Origin: Desulfovibrionaceae bacterium
Lineage (GTDB): Bacteria > Desulfobacterota > Desulfovibrionia > Desulfovibrionales > Desulfovibrionaceae
DNA length: 64,000 nucleotides
NCBI GenBank assembly: GCA_029011315.1
Contig: JAQXLA010000019.1
Location: 50,569 to 114,568, forward strand
Direction: 5' to 3'
Shown here in pieces: positions 53,274 to 64,000 of the stretch. Position numbers and translations under genes: made by a program. The notes beneath the pieces were generated by a model. That model did not search any database. It saw only the letters and a program-made list of their open reading frames with translations, and was not told the DNA's origin. How positions within the stretch are numbered: the first letter of the stretch is position 1; each line of letters begins with the position of its first letter.

Positions 53274-55163
53274 CTACTCTTCAAGAGCTTTGTTGTTTTT
53301 TACGCGAATATCCGCCTGAGCATGAAGCATGGACAGAAAAATGCCGAACATCTGCTCCGCCTTGTCCGATTGCACCGCCTCTCTAAGCTGAGGCGCGGCG
53401 GCGTTCCAATCTTCCTCAGACGGAACGGAAACCGAAACAGCCCGCAGCAGCAAGGCTCCGTTCGGTGTTTCCAGAGGTTTTTCAAGCCATGTGCCCACAG
53501 GAGCTGCGAAAAGCGCACGGGTTACGGCAGGAAGCACGCCGACTCCGGAAATTTCTCCGTCACGAGCCACATCCTTTGTCTGCACCACGCGTTTTTTCAG
53601 CGATGCCGGAAGTCTGTTGTCCTTAAAAGACCCCCTTGCCTTAACCGCCGCCTCGAAAGCCATTTTCAGTGCAGCCGATTCGCGCAGCTGCTCTTCAATC
53701 TGCCCTTTTACCTCGGCAAACGGCTTTACAGACTGTTCTGTACGGCTTTTAAGCCGGACAATCAGATAGCCTGTTTTGGTCAGAAACGGAGTATCCAGAA
53801 CAGTACCTGGAGTCACAGAAAGCAGCATATTCGCATTTTCAGGCTTGATTTCCAACGCGGATGCCAGGGAAGATGCCGGAATGCTCCCTGTATTCCTGAC
53901 CTGAAGATGCTGTTCAGCCCCAGCTTCTTCCAGAGAAGCTCCGCCTATCACCCGAACCTGGATCTTTTCCAAAATATCCTGAAGCGTTCCTCTGGCTTCA
54001 TCCTCCGCAATGCGTCGGCGAATGGATTCTTTCACTTCATCAAAAGGCGTAATCCCCGCTTCTGCACGTTCTTCGCATAAAATCAGATGCAGCCCGAATT
54101 GCGTCCGAACTGGGCCCGACAGCTCACCGGGTTTCAGGGCAAACGCCGCATCCGCAAAAGGCTTCACCATGCGATCTCTTGTAAACCATCCGAGGTCGCC
54201 TCCCTGTGCCGCGCTCCCGTCCTGAGACAAATCTGCGGCAACCGCAGCAAAGGCTTCCCCGGAGGAAAGACGCTTCCGCGCCTGATTCAGTACGGATTCG
54301 GCAGCAGACTCCGCCTCAGATCCGGCATCGGCATCAAGGCGAATCAGAATATGACGGGCGTGCACCCTTTCTTCTGTCCGATACCGATCCGCATTCCGTT
54401 CGTACCAGTTTTTCACTGTTTCATCAGAAACCAAATCGGGACGTGACGTTTCCGCTGCACTGATCGTCAGATAATCCACTTCAGCCATGGGCGGAACAGA
54501 AAAGTCCGCGCTGTGCTTATCGTAATACTGCTTTGCCGATTCTTCTGAAACGGCAACGCCAGATAGAAACTCATCTTTTGAAAAAAGAACTGTTTCAGCG
54601 TCGCGGCGTTCACTGTCGAACATATACAGCATCCGCAATTCCGGATCCGGCATCCCCGATCCGGCGAAAAGCGTCCGCCATAGCTTCGATATCAGCAAAC
54701 CGGAGGCCAGCTGGGCTTCAAAGCGCCCCGGATTCTCTCCCTGAGCCGACAAAATAGATCGGTAGGTTTCCGCATCAAAGCGTCCGTCCTTCTGAAAGAG
54801 CTCATAGGTCTCAATCACTTTGCGCAATTCCACAGGAGAGACGAACAATCCGATGCGCTTAGCCTCCTGTTCAACGAGTTTTGTCGTCACAATCTGCTGC
54901 ATGACCTGACGCTTCAAGCCGATGCTTTTGAAAAATTCCGCATCGGCGTTAGGATACCGCTCCCGCAGTTCCCGTTCCGCACGATCCAGGCGCATACGGA
55001 ACTCCTGCTGCGTCACAGTCTCGCCGTTGACGCTCAGCAGTTCTGACGGCGAATTTCCGCCCAGGCCGCTTACGCCCCAGAAAACGAACACTACGATAAT
55101 GATGGCAAAGGCGATTTTCACGCCCCAGGACTGTGAACCGCCGCGAATTTTGTCAAGAAGCAT
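53274..55163 (-). CDS. ppiD: Periplasmic folding chaperone PpiD (SurA N-terminal plus PpiC rotamase)
   Basis: MLDKIR, N-terminal TM, VNGETVT, HARHILI, S.D.SA.QGGDLGWF, F.DAAFAL, GPVRTQFGLHLI. Confidence 0.9.
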   Translation of the reverse strand: MLLDKIRGGSQSWGVKIAFAIIIVVFVFWGVSGLGGNSPSELLSVNGETVTQQEFRMRLDRAERELRERYPNADAEFFKSIGLKRQVMQQIVTTKLVEQEAKRIGLFVSPVELRKVIETYELFQKDGRFDAETYRSILSAQGENPGRFEAQLASGLLISKLWRTLFAGSGMPDPELRMLYMFDSERRDAETVLFSKDEFLSGVAVSEESAKQYYDKHSADFSVPPMAEVDYLTISAAETSRPDLVSDETVKNWYERNADRYRTEERVHARHILIRLDADAGSEAESAAESVLNQARKRLSSGEAFAAVAADLSQDGSAAQGGDLGWFTRDRMVKPFADAAFALKPGELSGPVRTQFGLHLILCEERAEAGITPFDEVKESIRRRIAEDEARGTLQDILEKIQVRVIGGASLEEAGAEQHLQVRNTGSIPASSLASALEIKPENANMLLSVTPGTVLDTPFLTKTGYLIVRLKSRTEQSVKPFAEVKGQIEEQLRESAALKMAFEAAVKARGSFKDNRLPASLKKRVVQTKDVARDGEISGVGVLPAVTRALFAAPVGTWLEKPLETPNGALLLRAVSVSVPSEEDWNAAAPQLREAVQSDKAEQMFGIFLSMLHAQADIRVKNNKALEE

Positions 55164-55178
55164 ACGCCGCCCTCCGCA

Positions 55179-57122
55179 CTATCGGGCAATACGGCGGCGA
55201 ACAGCGTTCAAAAGGCCACCTTCACAAATCACGTTGAATTCCGCAGAAGAGAGATCATTGCGTACTGCGACAGAGCCAACGCCCTCAACGTCCACATTCA
55301 TCGTGCCGCCGGGAACCAAATCCTTGAGTGGCACGCGGATCCTGGCCCCCTGACTGACGGATTCATAATCCTCAGTTTTGGCAAACAGCAGAGGAATAAT
55401 ACCAAAATTAATCAGGTTCGCACGATGAATGCGCGCCAGTGAACGAGCCAGAACAACGCGGATTCCCAGGTGACGGGGAGCCAATGCCGCATGTTCGCGG
55501 CTTGATCCCTGGCCATAGTTGTCAGCGGCAACAATCACACCGCAGCCGCCTCTATCTCGCACAGCCTTGGCCCGCGCGACAAACTCCGCATCAACCCGTT
55601 CAAAAACATGTTCGGAAATCGCAGGAATGTTCGAACGCAGAGCCAGGATGGCCGCACCGGCAGGCATGATATGATCGGTTGTAATATCATCTCCCAGACG
55701 GATGACGACATCAGCTTCCATCACATCACCGGCGTCCGACAGCGGCGGAAAAGTTTCCAGAGGCACGATATTCGGTCCCCGCAAAATCTCCACGCGGCTC
55801 CGATCCTCAGGCGGGAAAACAAAAAGATGACGGATGGAAGGAACGCTCTCGGGCAGTTCGGGGCGAGCCGGAGCCTCTCCCCATTCCGCAGGATCCGTAA
55901 ACGCTCCATGCAGAGCGGCCTGAGCGGCAGTCACGGGGCTGACCAGGTAAATCTGGCCATCCCGGGTTCCGCTGCGTCCTTCAAAGTTTCTGTTAAAGGT
56001 GCGCACGCTGACGCCTCTGCTCACAGGGGCTCCGCCGGAGCCGATGCAGGGACCGCAGGAACATTCCAGCAGACGGCATCCCGCTTCAATCAGGGATTCC
56101 AGGCGGCCTTCACGAGCCAGCATGGTCAAAACCTGCTTGGAACCTGGAGAAACCAGCGTATCCGTTTCAGGACAGACACGGCGTCCGGCCAGAATCTCCG
56201 ATACCAAACGCATATCACTATAAGATGAGTTTGTGCAGGAACCAATACAGACCTGCTCTACTTTCAAGCCGGCAAGCTGAGCAACAGGAACAACGCGATC
56301 CGGCATATGAGGCTGAGCAGCCATCGGCACAAGTGCAGACAAATCTATCCGCTCTTCCTCGTCGTAGGAAGCACCTTCGTCCGCTTTCAGCTCCTTCCAG
56401 TCCGCTTCACGCCCCATACTCGTCAAAAAGGCGCGGGTCACACCATCACTGGGGAAAATCGAAGCCGTTGCCCCCAGCTCCGCACCCATATTCGTAATGG
56501 TTGCACGTTCCGGAACAGAAAGCGTGGCAACGCCTGGACCAGCGTATTCAAAGACACAGCCAACGCCGCCTTTGACTGTTCTGCGGCGCAGAAGCTCCAG
56601 GATGATATCCTTTGCTGAAGCCCATCCCCGCAAACTTCCTTCAAGAAACACGCGGACTATTTTCGGCATTGGGATGAAATACGGTTCTCCGGCCATTGCC
56701 AAGGCGACGGAAAGTCCGCCAGCTCCCATGGCCAACGATCCGATGCCGCCGGCAGTAGGGGTATGGCTGTCCGCACCCACCAGCGTCGCACCGGGACGGG
56801 CAAAATTTTCAAGGTGAAGCTGATGGCAGATTCCGGTGCCTGCAGGCGAGAACACGCCTCCGAATTTCTGAGCAGCTGTGCGCAGGAAGCGGTGATCGTC
56901 CGGATTGCGGAAATTCATCTGGAGCGTATTGTGATCCACATAGCTCAAAGAGATATCTGTTTTGACGGAATCAAGCCCCAGAGCTTCAAACTGCAACCAT
57001 GCCATGGTACCCGTGGCGTCCTGGGTCAGCGTCTGATCAATATGCAGTCCGATTTCCGTACCTTTTTCCAAACAGCCGGAAACAAGATGATCCGCAAGAA
57101 TTTTCTGTGTCAGATTCTTCAT
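55179..57122 (-). CDS. Aconitate hydratase (compact bacterial type)
   Basis: QDATGTMA, YVDHN, GICHQ, GADSHT, IGSCTNSS, CSCGPCIG, RTFNRNFEGRSG, DDITTDHIMP, NYGQGSSREHA. Confidence 0.9.
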   Translation of the reverse strand: MKNLTQKILADHLVSGCLEKGTEIGLHIDQTLTQDATGTMAWLQFEALGLDSVKTDISLSYVDHNTLQMNFRNPDDHRFLRTAAQKFGGVFSPAGTGICHQLHLENFARPGATLVGADSHTPTAGGIGSLAMGAGGLSVALAMAGEPYFIPMPKIVRVFLEGSLRGWASAKDIILELLRRRTVKGGVGCVFEYAGPGVATLSVPERATITNMGAELGATASIFPSDGVTRAFLTSMGREADWKELKADEGASYDEEERIDLSALVPMAAQPHMPDRVVPVAQLAGLKVEQVCIGSCTNSSYSDMRLVSEILAGRRVCPETDTLVSPGSKQVLTMLAREGRLESLIEAGCRLLECSCGPCIGSGGAPVSRGVSVRTFNRNFEGRSGTRDGQIYLVSPVTAAQAALHGAFTDPAEWGEAPARPELPESVPSIRHLFVFPPEDRSRVEILRGPNIVPLETFPPLSDAGDVMEADVVIRLGDDITTDHIMPAGAAILALRSNIPAISEHVFERVDAEFVARAKAVRDRGGCGVIVAADNYGQGSSREHAALAPRHLGIRVVLARSLARIHRANLINFGIIPLLFAKTEDYESVSQGARIRVPLKDLVPGGTMNVDVEGVGSVAVRNDLSSAEFNVICEGGLLNAVRRRIAR

Positions 57123-57308
57123 CGATTCCACTCCGGGGAATGCGGCCGCTATCAAAAACGGGTCCCCAATCGGTAAGTTGTGAATAAATTCTGCTCATAC
57201 GGCTCCGCCGCCAGACAATCAGCGCGCAGATCGGGAAGCATTCGGAATTGTTCTTTGTACACCGTACGACGCCGTTTCGCAAGCACATCAGACCTGCATG
57301 GAATGGGT

Positions 57309-58037
57309 TCAGGCTATCCAGACAGCATTAGCCTGACGTCCGCAGGAAGGATAGCGTCGATAGGAATAAAACTCCGGAAGACTGAACGTGCACAAATCCA
57401 GCCTGAAAAGACGCTCTCGCCTCAAGCCGGCCTCAAGAAGCTGATCTTCTGTCAGACGCCATAAATCCATTGTCTGCGTTTTTGCCTGATACCAGGGACG
57501 GAACGCCTCGCCCCATTCCTCATCAAAACGTACGAATTCCGCACACGCCGGACCAAGGCTTGGCCCGCGGACAGCATACAGCTGTTTTTTCTGAAGGCCG
57601 TATCGATCGCAAAATGCACCGACAGCCTCGCCGATAAACCCGCTGCGATTGCCTCTCCATCCTACATGCAGAGCCATAATATACCGTTCTGATTCATCCG
57701 CCACAAAAATCGGCTGACAGTCTGCCGTTCTGACCAGCAGAGCCAGTCCTCTTCGATCGGATGCCAGCCCGTCACCCTTCATCAAAGCCGCAAGCGGCGT
57801 CTCAGGCGAAGAAGGCTGAGGATCAAATAGCAGGGTGTTTCCATGAACCTGATGCATTTCTGCCGCAGGAATGCCCAGCTGGCTGAACAGCATTTTCCGG
57901 GTCTCAAGCGTATGCCTTTCCTCATCACGCCCATTCCATGCGATATCCGATCCATGAGGAAAAGGCAGCGCGCCAGCCTGAAACAGACAGTGGACGCGCG
58001 TCAGACCCGGAAAGGCGAAGGGGATAAACACAGCCAT
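57309..58037 (-). CDS. pgeF: YfiH/PgeF family purine nucleoside phosphorylase (laccase domain)
   Basis: [44 protein letters not shown]. Confidence 0.9.
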   Translation of the reverse strand: MAVFIPFAFPGLTRVHCLFQAGALPFPHGSDIAWNGRDEERHTLETRKMLFSQLGIPAAEMHQVHGNTLLFDPQPSSPETPLAALMKGDGLASDRRGLALLVRTADCQPIFVADESERYIMALHVGWRGNRSGFIGEAVGAFCDRYGLQKKQLYAVRGPSLGPACAEFVRFDEEWGEAFRPWYQAKTQTMDLWRLTEDQLLEAGLRRERLFRLDLCTFSLPEFYSYRRYPSCGRQANAVWIA

Positions 58038-58657
58038 ACAGCCTCCTTTTCCGTTACATACCCGTGCAACAGTACATCTTCCTCAGAAATGGGTATCGCA
58101 TCGATCTGACAGGAAAAAACCATCGCAATGCGTACGGCGTTTTTCCAGCCAGGCAAAGCAAGCAGTCTATCATAAAAACCCCTGCCGTAGCCAATGCGCT
58201 CTCCTCTCCGCCCAATGCCGACGGCCGGGACCACTATCAAATCCGGCAACTCAGACAAAACTGCTTCACGGGGAACAACAGGACAGGATTTTTTTGGTTC
58301 GGGTATGCCAAAATATCCGGGTTCCAAATCATCCCATCCGTAACATCTGGCCATCACCATCATTCCCTCTCCGGCAGCAGGAGGAAGACAGCGGGGGAGC
58401 AAGACGCTCTTTCCCTCCTGCCAGGCATGCTGAAGCAGGCGATCCGTTTTCAACTCTCCCCTGGCTGAACAGTACAGAGCTACGGTTCGAGCCTGCTTCC
58501 AGATGGCTGATTCCAAAACTCTGCGCTGAGCCTGTTCGGAAAAAAACGATCGATCTTCCGGAGACAGCGCAGCCCGGCGAGAGAGAAGATCCTTTCGCAG
58601 CTTGTTTTTCAGCTGTGCAACATTCCGCATTGCTTCGACATTCCATTCCGCCGTCAT
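58001..58657 (-). CDS. ygfA: 5-formyltetrahydrofolate cyclo-ligase
   Basis: [47 protein letters not shown]. Confidence 0.92.
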   Translation of the reverse strand: MTAEWNVEAMRNVAQLKNKLRKDLLSRRAALSPEDRSFFSEQAQRRVLESAIWKQARTVALYCSARGELKTDRLLQHAWQEGKSVLLPRCLPPAAGEGMMVMARCYGWDDLEPGYFGIPEPKKSCPVVPREAVLSELPDLIVVPAVGIGRRGERIGYGRGFYDRLLALPGWKNAVRIAMVFSCQIDAIPISEEDVLLHGYVTEKEAVWLCLSPSPFRV

Positions 58658-58794
58658 CGTCCGACCTCCGCGTCGCTTTTCACTGCGAACCTGCCAGGGA
58701 ACGCGTCTTGTCTTTTTACGCCCGACATTTTACAAAACACCGAATTCAGGCCCAAACAACACATTCTGCTTTTTACATGGGAGACACTGTTCCG

Positions 58795-59625
58795 ATGCTG
58801 CATATCGGCTGCCATCTTTCTTCGTCAAAGGGATTTCTTCACATGGTGCAGGAAGCTCTGTCTATCGGAGCCGACACCTTTCAGTTTTTCACCCGCAATC
58901 CACGGGGAAGCTCAAAAGCAAAAAAACCGTCTGCTCACGATATCGCCGCCGCTTCCGAACTTATGCAGGCGCATGCCTTCGCACCAATCATAGCGCACGC
59001 TCCGTATACACTCAACGCCTGCTCCGCAAAACCAGATCAGCTGCTGTATGCCAGAGAACTTTTCGCTGGAGATTTGGAAATCATGGAAAAGCTTCCCGGC
59101 AATCTCTATAATTTCCACCCCGGTTTTCATGTAGGTCAGGGAGCGGAAGAAGGCATACGGCTCATCGCAGAAACCCTGAATGCCGTCATCACTCCCGGAC
59201 AGTCAACGACCGTGCTGCTGGAAACCATGTCCGGAAAGGGATCGGAGATCGGATCAGGCTTTGAGGAACTGCGAGAAATCATCGATCGCACGGAATGCCA
59301 GGATTGCATCGGAGTCTGCCTGGATACCTGCCATGTCCACGATGCGGGATATCCCATCGTCGAGGATCTTGACGGAGTGCTGACTCAGTTCGACAAAGTG
59401 ATCGGGCTTGACCGCCTGCGCGCCGTACATCTCAACGACAGCAAAAATCCTCGCCAAAGCCATAAGGACAGGCATGAAAAAATAGGCAAAGGGCACATCG
59501 GCCTCGAAGCTCTGGCTCGCGTTGTTTCGCATCCGGCTCTGAGAGATCTGCCCTTCTGCCTTGAAACGCCCAATGATCTGGACGGTTACGCCGAGGAAAT
59601 TCGTCTTCTGCGGACATACGGCTAA
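58795..59625 (+). CDS. nfo: Endonuclease IV
   Basis: [67 protein letters not shown]. Confidence 0.96.
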   Translation: MLHIGCHLSSSKGFLHMVQEALSIGADTFQFFTRNPRGSSKAKKPSAHDIAAASELMQAHAFAPIIAHAPYTLNACSAKPDQLLYARELFAGDLEIMEKLPGNLYNFHPGFHVGQGAEEGIRLIAETLNAVITPGQSTTVLLETMSGKGSEIGSGFEELREIIDRTECQDCIGVCLDTCHVHDAGYPIVEDLDGVLTQFDKVIGLDRLRAVHLNDSKNPRQSHKDRHEKIGKGHIGLEALARVVSHPALRDLPFCLETPNDLDGYAEEIRLLRTYG

Positions 59626-61028
59626 TCTGTCCAGCCACCTCCCAGCGCAAGGCACAGCGCCACGACGGCAGCCAGCCGATCATTCCTGGACTGAGCCAAA
59701 TCCAGCTCTGCAGCAAAAAGCGAACGCTCCGCATCGAGCACTTCCAGATGCGAACAGGTTCCGGCTTCATAGCGATCCCTGGCCAGTTTCAAAGCCCTGC
59801 CGTATTCCCGAACCTGAACTTCTGCGGACACCACGATTTTTTCCGTCTCATATTGATTTGAAAAAGCCGAGCGAACATCCGCAAAAGCCTGCTGTACAGT
59901 CTGCTCGTAGGCCGCGGCCATTTCCATCTTTCTGGCTTCGCTGGCGCGCACTCTGGCCAGGATTCTGCCAAAATCAAAAATAGGCATCCCGACTGAGCCG
60001 CCTATCGTTCCAAAGCGGGTATGGGCATGCGCAAGGAGATTGGATAAATCTGTAAAATCTGCCAGGCCGAGTGCCGAAGAAAGAGACAGGGACGGCATCC
60101 ATGCAGCCCTGGCCACACCGATATCCGCATTCGCTGCAATCAGATTCTGTTCCGCAGCAACAATGTCAGGACGCCGTTCCAGCAAGTTGGACGGCATGTC
60201 CTTCGGCAGAACAGGAATGCCTGGCAAGGCGTCAATCGTTCCGGATCGGACAATACGGCCGCCAAAGATTTCCTTTGGTGACCGCCCCAGAAGCACAGCC
60301 AAAGCGCCTTCGCCGTTTTCACGAGCAGCTCTCAGCTGCGCCAGAGATGTTTTGGCTGTTTCAGCTAGCGTTCTGACCTGCGTCAAATCCAACTCCGACA
60401 GCAATCCCCAACGGTACTTTTCAGTAAACAGATCCAGCGTTTTCAGCCGGCTGTCGAGCGTGCGCTCAGCAATGGCTATCTGCGTATCGAGCGTCAGAAG
60501 CAGAAAATAGGCCTTCACCGTTTCTCCGGCCAAAGACAGCCTCAGCCCCTGCCAGGACGCTTCTGACGCCAGAAGATCAGCTTTGGCCGATGCTGCGGCA
60601 TTACGATACTTGCCCCATAAGTCCGGTTCCCATGATGCGCCAAGGCTCAAACGGAAATTGGTATACTCCGCGCCGCTCGGACCATAAACGCGATCACCGT
60701 TGACATAGCCGGTTTGTGCGGATCCGCTTCCCGTCACAGAAGGAGCCATATCGGAATACGCCAGTCCCAGAGCAGCCCTGGCCTGATTCACGCGGGCCAT
60801 TGCGGCTTCAAGATTCTTATTGGAGGCAAAAGCCTCTTCTACAAGGCTGTCCAGAACAGGATCCCCAAACCGTTTCCACCATTGAACCGACAGATTTTCC
60901 TCTCCATCAGTCTTCTGCCAGTTTTCCGGAAGATCCAAGCTCGGACGCTCATACGTCGGAGCCAGGGAACACCCGGCAAGCAGCAGAGCCGCCGCAAGCA
61001 CGACTCCCGCGGCAAACCGCATTCTCAT
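59622..61028 (-). CDS. RND efflux outer-membrane lipoprotein (OprM/NodT family)
   Basis: Lipobox [16 protein letters not shown]...[38 protein letters not shown]. Confidence 0.93.
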   Translation of the reverse strand: MRMRFAAGVVLAAALLLAGCSLAPTYERPSLDLPENWQKTDGEENLSVQWWKRFGDPVLDSLVEEAFASNKNLEAAMARVNQARAALGLAYSDMAPSVTGSGSAQTGYVNGDRVYGPSGAEYTNFRLSLGASWEPDLWGKYRNAAASAKADLLASEASWQGLRLSLAGETVKAYFLLLTLDTQIAIAERTLDSRLKTLDLFTEKYRWGLLSELDLTQVRTLAETAKTSLAQLRAARENGEGALAVLLGRSPKEIFGGRIVRSGTIDALPGIPVLPKDMPSNLLERRPDIVAAEQNLIAANADIGVARAAWMPSLSLSSALGLADFTDLSNLLAHAHTRFGTIGGSVGMPIFDFGRILARVRASEARKMEMAAAYEQTVQQAFADVRSAFSNQYETEKIVVSAEVQVREYGRALKLARDRYEAGTCSHLEVLDAERSLFAAELDLAQSRNDRLAAVVALCLALGGGWTD

Positions 61029-61049
61029 GCTTTCTTCCTCCCCTTACAC

Positions 61050-64000
61050 TCACTGTCGATCCTCAGTATTTCCGGGATTTTTTCTGATCATCCAGTCTCC
61101 GGAAAAAATTTTCGTCACCACGACATAAAATATCGGAATAAAGAAAATACCTAAAGCAGTAGCCGTCAGCGTACCGGAAAAAACACCTGTTCCCAAAGCA
61201 TTTTGTCCTCCGGATCCAGCGCCCTTGGTCAGCATCAAAGGCATGATGCCGAGCAGAAAAGCAAACGACGTCATCAGAATCGGCCGCAAACGCATGCGGC
61301 AGGCCAAAACAACAGCACGGCTGAGCGCGACACCTTTATCCGTCAAATCCTTGGCAAATTCCACAATCAAAATAGCATTTTTTGCTGAAAGACCGATCGT
61401 TGCCAGAAGCCCTACCTGAAAATACACATCATTGGCATGTCCTCCAAGCCAGCATCCGGCCAACGCACCAAGCACACCGATCGGCACCACTAAAATGACG
61501 GCAAATGGAACGCTCCACGACTCATACAGCGCAGCCAGGCAAAGAAAGACCACCAGAATGGAAAGCGTGTACAGAAGCAACGTCTGCGAACCGGCCTGCC
61601 GCTCCTGATAGGAAATGCCCGTCCATTCATAGCCGATGCCTGAAGGCAGATGACTGATCAGCTCCTCCATAATGGCCATAGCCTCGCCCGTACTCTTTCC
61701 CGGTGCCGGAGCCCCCAGAATTTCCATCGCAGGCAGCCCGTTATAACGATCCAGCTTTATCGGCGCTGATTCCCATGAACACGATGCAAAAGAGGCAAAA
61801 GGCACCATCTGGCCGCGGCTGTTGCGGAAATACCACTGATTCATATCTTCAGGCGTGCTGCGAAAACGGGCATCGCCCTGAATATAAACTTTTTTAACTC
61901 GGCCCCGATCGAGAAAATCATCGATGTAGCTGCTGCCCCAGGCAATGGACAGTGCGGAATTGACCTCAGCAAGAGAAAGCCCCTGAGCCATCAGCTTCTT
62001 GCGATCAATCACAACGCGCATCTGAGCCTGATCGTCCAGTCCATTCGGACGAACTGCCATCAGCCCGGGATGCTGAGACGCCATCCCCAAAAGTTTGTTT
62101 CTGGCCTGAAGCAATACGTCATGGCCGAGAGCCCCCCTGTCCTGAAGCATCAGGTCAAAGCCGGTCGCATTCCCCAATTCCATCATGGCCGGAGGCTGAA
62201 AGGCAAAAATTCTGGCTTCGTTCACAGAAGCAAAACGCTGCTGAACCCGCTGAATCAGCATGGGGAGTGACTGCTCCTTCTTTTTTCTCAAAGACCAGTC
62301 TTTTAATGTGACGAAAATCATACCGTTATTTTGACCGCGTCCGGCAAATGAAAAGCCGATAATGGCCTGAAAGACGTCAACCGTATCCTTTTCTTCCTCC
62401 AGAAGATACTTTTCAATGTGAGACATGACCTCTGATGTCTGCATCTGCGTTGCAGTTGGAGGCAGCTGAACAGAAACAAACATGCTGCCCTGATCTTCAT
62501 CTGGAAGAAATCCCGTAGGAAGAATCCTGAACAGAAATGCCGCTCCGCCTATGAGAAGCAGATATATCAGAACCATTCTGCCCAAATGGCTCAGCAATCC
62601 GGCTACACCGCGCCGATAGGCATTAGTCGCGCTGTTGAACATGCGATTAAACCAGCCGAAAAATCCGGTCTCCGTTTGTTCTTCATGAGGCTTAAGCATT
62701 GTCGCACACAGCGCAGGAGTCAAAATAATGGCCACAATGACTGACAGAGTCATGGCTGCAACAACAGTGACGGAAAACTGACGGTAGACCGTACCGACAG
62801 ATCCGGACATGAAGGACATAGGAACAAACACCGCGGCAAGGACCATGGCGATGCCAATCAGAGCCCCTGTAATCTGATCCATGGAACGGCGTGTCGCCTC
62901 CAGAGGAGGCAGATGCTCCTCCTTCATCACGCGCTCCACATTTTCAACCACGACAATGGCATCATCCACAAGCAGTCCGATGGCCAGCACCATGCCGAAC
63001 ATTGTCAGCGTGTTAATGGAATATCCGAATGCGGCCAAGACTCCGAATGTCCCCAGCAGAACAACAGGAACGGCGATGGTCGGAATCAACGTCGCCCGCC
63101 AGTTTTGCAGAAACAGAAAAACAATGGCGACGACCAGCACAATCGCTTCAATCAGCGTATGCACGACCTGTTCAATGGAAAGGCGCACAAACGGAGTGGA
63201 ATCATAGCACGGGGTACACTCAATCCCCTCAGGGAAAAAGGGGCGCTGCTTTTCGAGATAGGCATCGATGGCGGCGACTGTATCCAGAGCATTCGCTCCT
63301 GTAGCCAGCTTGACCGCCAACGCTGTGGACAGCCCTGTATTGAACCGGCTGAAGATATTGTAGCTCTCGGATCCCATTTCCACCCGGGCCACGTCCCTGA
63401 TGCGAATTTCCGATCCATCGGGCTTTGTTTTCAAAATAACGTTCCGAAAGTCTTCGGGCGTATTGAGCCGTTCCTGCAAAGCAATGGCCAAATTGTTTTT
63501 CTGCCAGTCCGCCGCAGGAGCCGCGCCGAGCTGGCCAGCTGACATCTGCGCATTCTGCGCGCTGATAGCATTCAGAATATCCGAAGGCATGAGGCCATAG
63601 GACTGAAGCTTATGGGGATCCATCCAGATGCGCATAGCATACTGGGATCCAAAAATCGTCGTCTGGCCAACACCTGAAAGACGGCCTACAGCATCCTGAA
63701 TATTGGTTGCCAGATAGTCCGCCAAATCCGCATCATTGTAGCGTCCGGTCGGAGAATGAAGAGCATAGATTTTGAGAAAGACCATGGCGGTCTTTTCCAC
63801 GGTAATGCCCATTTGCTTGACGATGTCAGGAAGCAGAGGCTCTGCCAAACTCAGCTTATTCTGCACCTGAACCTGTGCTGTATCGGGATTGGTACCGTTT
63901 GCAAACGTCAGCGTGATTTCCACATGACCCGATCCATCCGACGAGGAAGCCATATAGAGCAGATTGTCCAAGCCTGTCATTTTCTGCTCAATAATCTGAG
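61050..64000 (-). CDS. acrB: RND efflux permease, AcrB/MexB (HAE1) family, 5' end beyond the window
   Basis: IIEQKMTGLDNLLYM at the window edge, QVQVQNKL, FGSQYAMRIW, GLLVDDAIVVVENVER, FLPDEDQG, LAALYESW, GLSAKNAILIVEFA, RLRPILMTS. Confidence 0.93.
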   Translation of the reverse strand, partial: QIIEQKMTGLDNLLYMASSSDGSGHVEITLTFANGTNPDTAQVQVQNKLSLAEPLLPDIVKQMGITVEKTAMVFLKIYALHSPTGRYNDADLADYLATNIQDAVGRLSGVGQTTIFGSQYAMRIWMDPHKLQSYGLMPSDILNAISAQNAQMSAGQLGAAPAADWQKNNLAIALQERLNTPEDFRNVILKTKPDGSEIRIRDVARVEMGSESYNIFSRFNTGLSTALAVKLATGANALDTVAAIDAYLEKQRPFFPEGIECTPCYDSTPFVRLSIEQVVHTLIEAIVLVVAIVFLFLQNWRATLIPTIAVPVVLLGTFGVLAAFGYSINTLTMFGMVLAIGLLVDDAIVVVENVERVMKEEHLPPLEATRRSMDQITGALIGIAMVLAAVFVPMSFMSGSVGTVYRQFSVTVVAAMTLSVIVAIILTPALCATMLKPHEEQTETGFFGWFNRMFNSATNAYRRGVAGLLSHLGRMVLIYLLLIGGAAFLFRILPTGFLPDEDQGSMFVSVQLPPTATQMQTSEVMSHIEKYLLEEEKDTVDVFQAIIGFSFAGRGQNNGMIFVTLKDWSLRKKKEQSLPMLIQRVQQRFASVNEARIFAFQPPAMMELGNATGFDLMLQDRGALGHDVLLQARNKLLGMASQHPGLMAVRPNGLDDQAQMRVVIDRKKLMAQGLSLAEVNSALSIAWGSSYIDDFLDRGRVKKVYIQGDARFRSTPEDMNQWYFRNSRGQMVPFASFASCSWESAPIKLDRYNGLPAMEILGAPAPGKSTGEAMAIMEELISHLPSGIGYEWTGISYQERQAGSQTLLLYTLSILVVFLCLAALYESWSVPFAVILVVPIGVLGALAGCWLGGHANDVYFQVGLLATIGLSAKNAILIVEFAKDLTDKGVALSRAVVLACRMRLRPILMTSFAFLLGIMPLMLTKGAGSGGQNALGTGVFSGTLTATALGIFFIPIFYVVVTKIFSGDWMIRKNPGNTEDRQ

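Noticed and set aside
58658-58794. 6S RNA (ssrS), often found upstream of ygfA
   Set aside because: Only 137 nt separate ygfA from the divergent nfo, and I could not fold a long 6S-like hairpin with a central bubble there; a covariance-model search would be needed to exclude it fully.
58294-58794. Long N-terminal extension of nfo in the ORF track
   Set aside because: It overlaps ygfA on the opposite strand; Nfo similarity starts at ATG 58795.

Overview
A gene-dense chromosomal segment that I infer comes from a Desulfovibrionaceae-like bacterium, based on gene order and protein style; GC is roughly 50-55% by spot counts. Most of it is housekeeping: dapB-nadE, folK/xerD, a DHH-CBS-tRNA nucleotidyltransferase, HIT-lapA-mutS, fabD-glpX, argS-SPOR-mlaEFDCA-GT4, rsmE, rfbACDB, deaD-lptFG, ftsH-folP-cdaA-cdaR-glmM-priA, an RRM protein, holB, ppiD, aconitase, pgeF-ygfA, nfo and an RND pump cut by the window end. 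Four elements stand out. (1) A solitary, AT-rich type I R-M specificity gene (hsdS) sits directly behind tRNA-Arg(ACG), with no hsdM, hsdR or integrase and with five perfect 12-bp (AELT) repeats in its spacer helix. (2) A six-gene hydrogenase-4-like (Ehr-type) membrane complex has a large subunit lacking the Ni-Fe cysteine motifs; it is translationally coupled to a MATE transporter and has a T9 tract at its first codons. (3) A 1013-aa protein of unknown function combines a degenerate PHP fold with a membrane domain, lies behind palindromic operator-like sites and is coupled to holB. (4) The folK and xerD start codons overlap head-to-head in one CATG palindrome. I saw no CRISPR array, rRNA, IS element or prophage. 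All assignments come from motif recognition by eye, not database searches.
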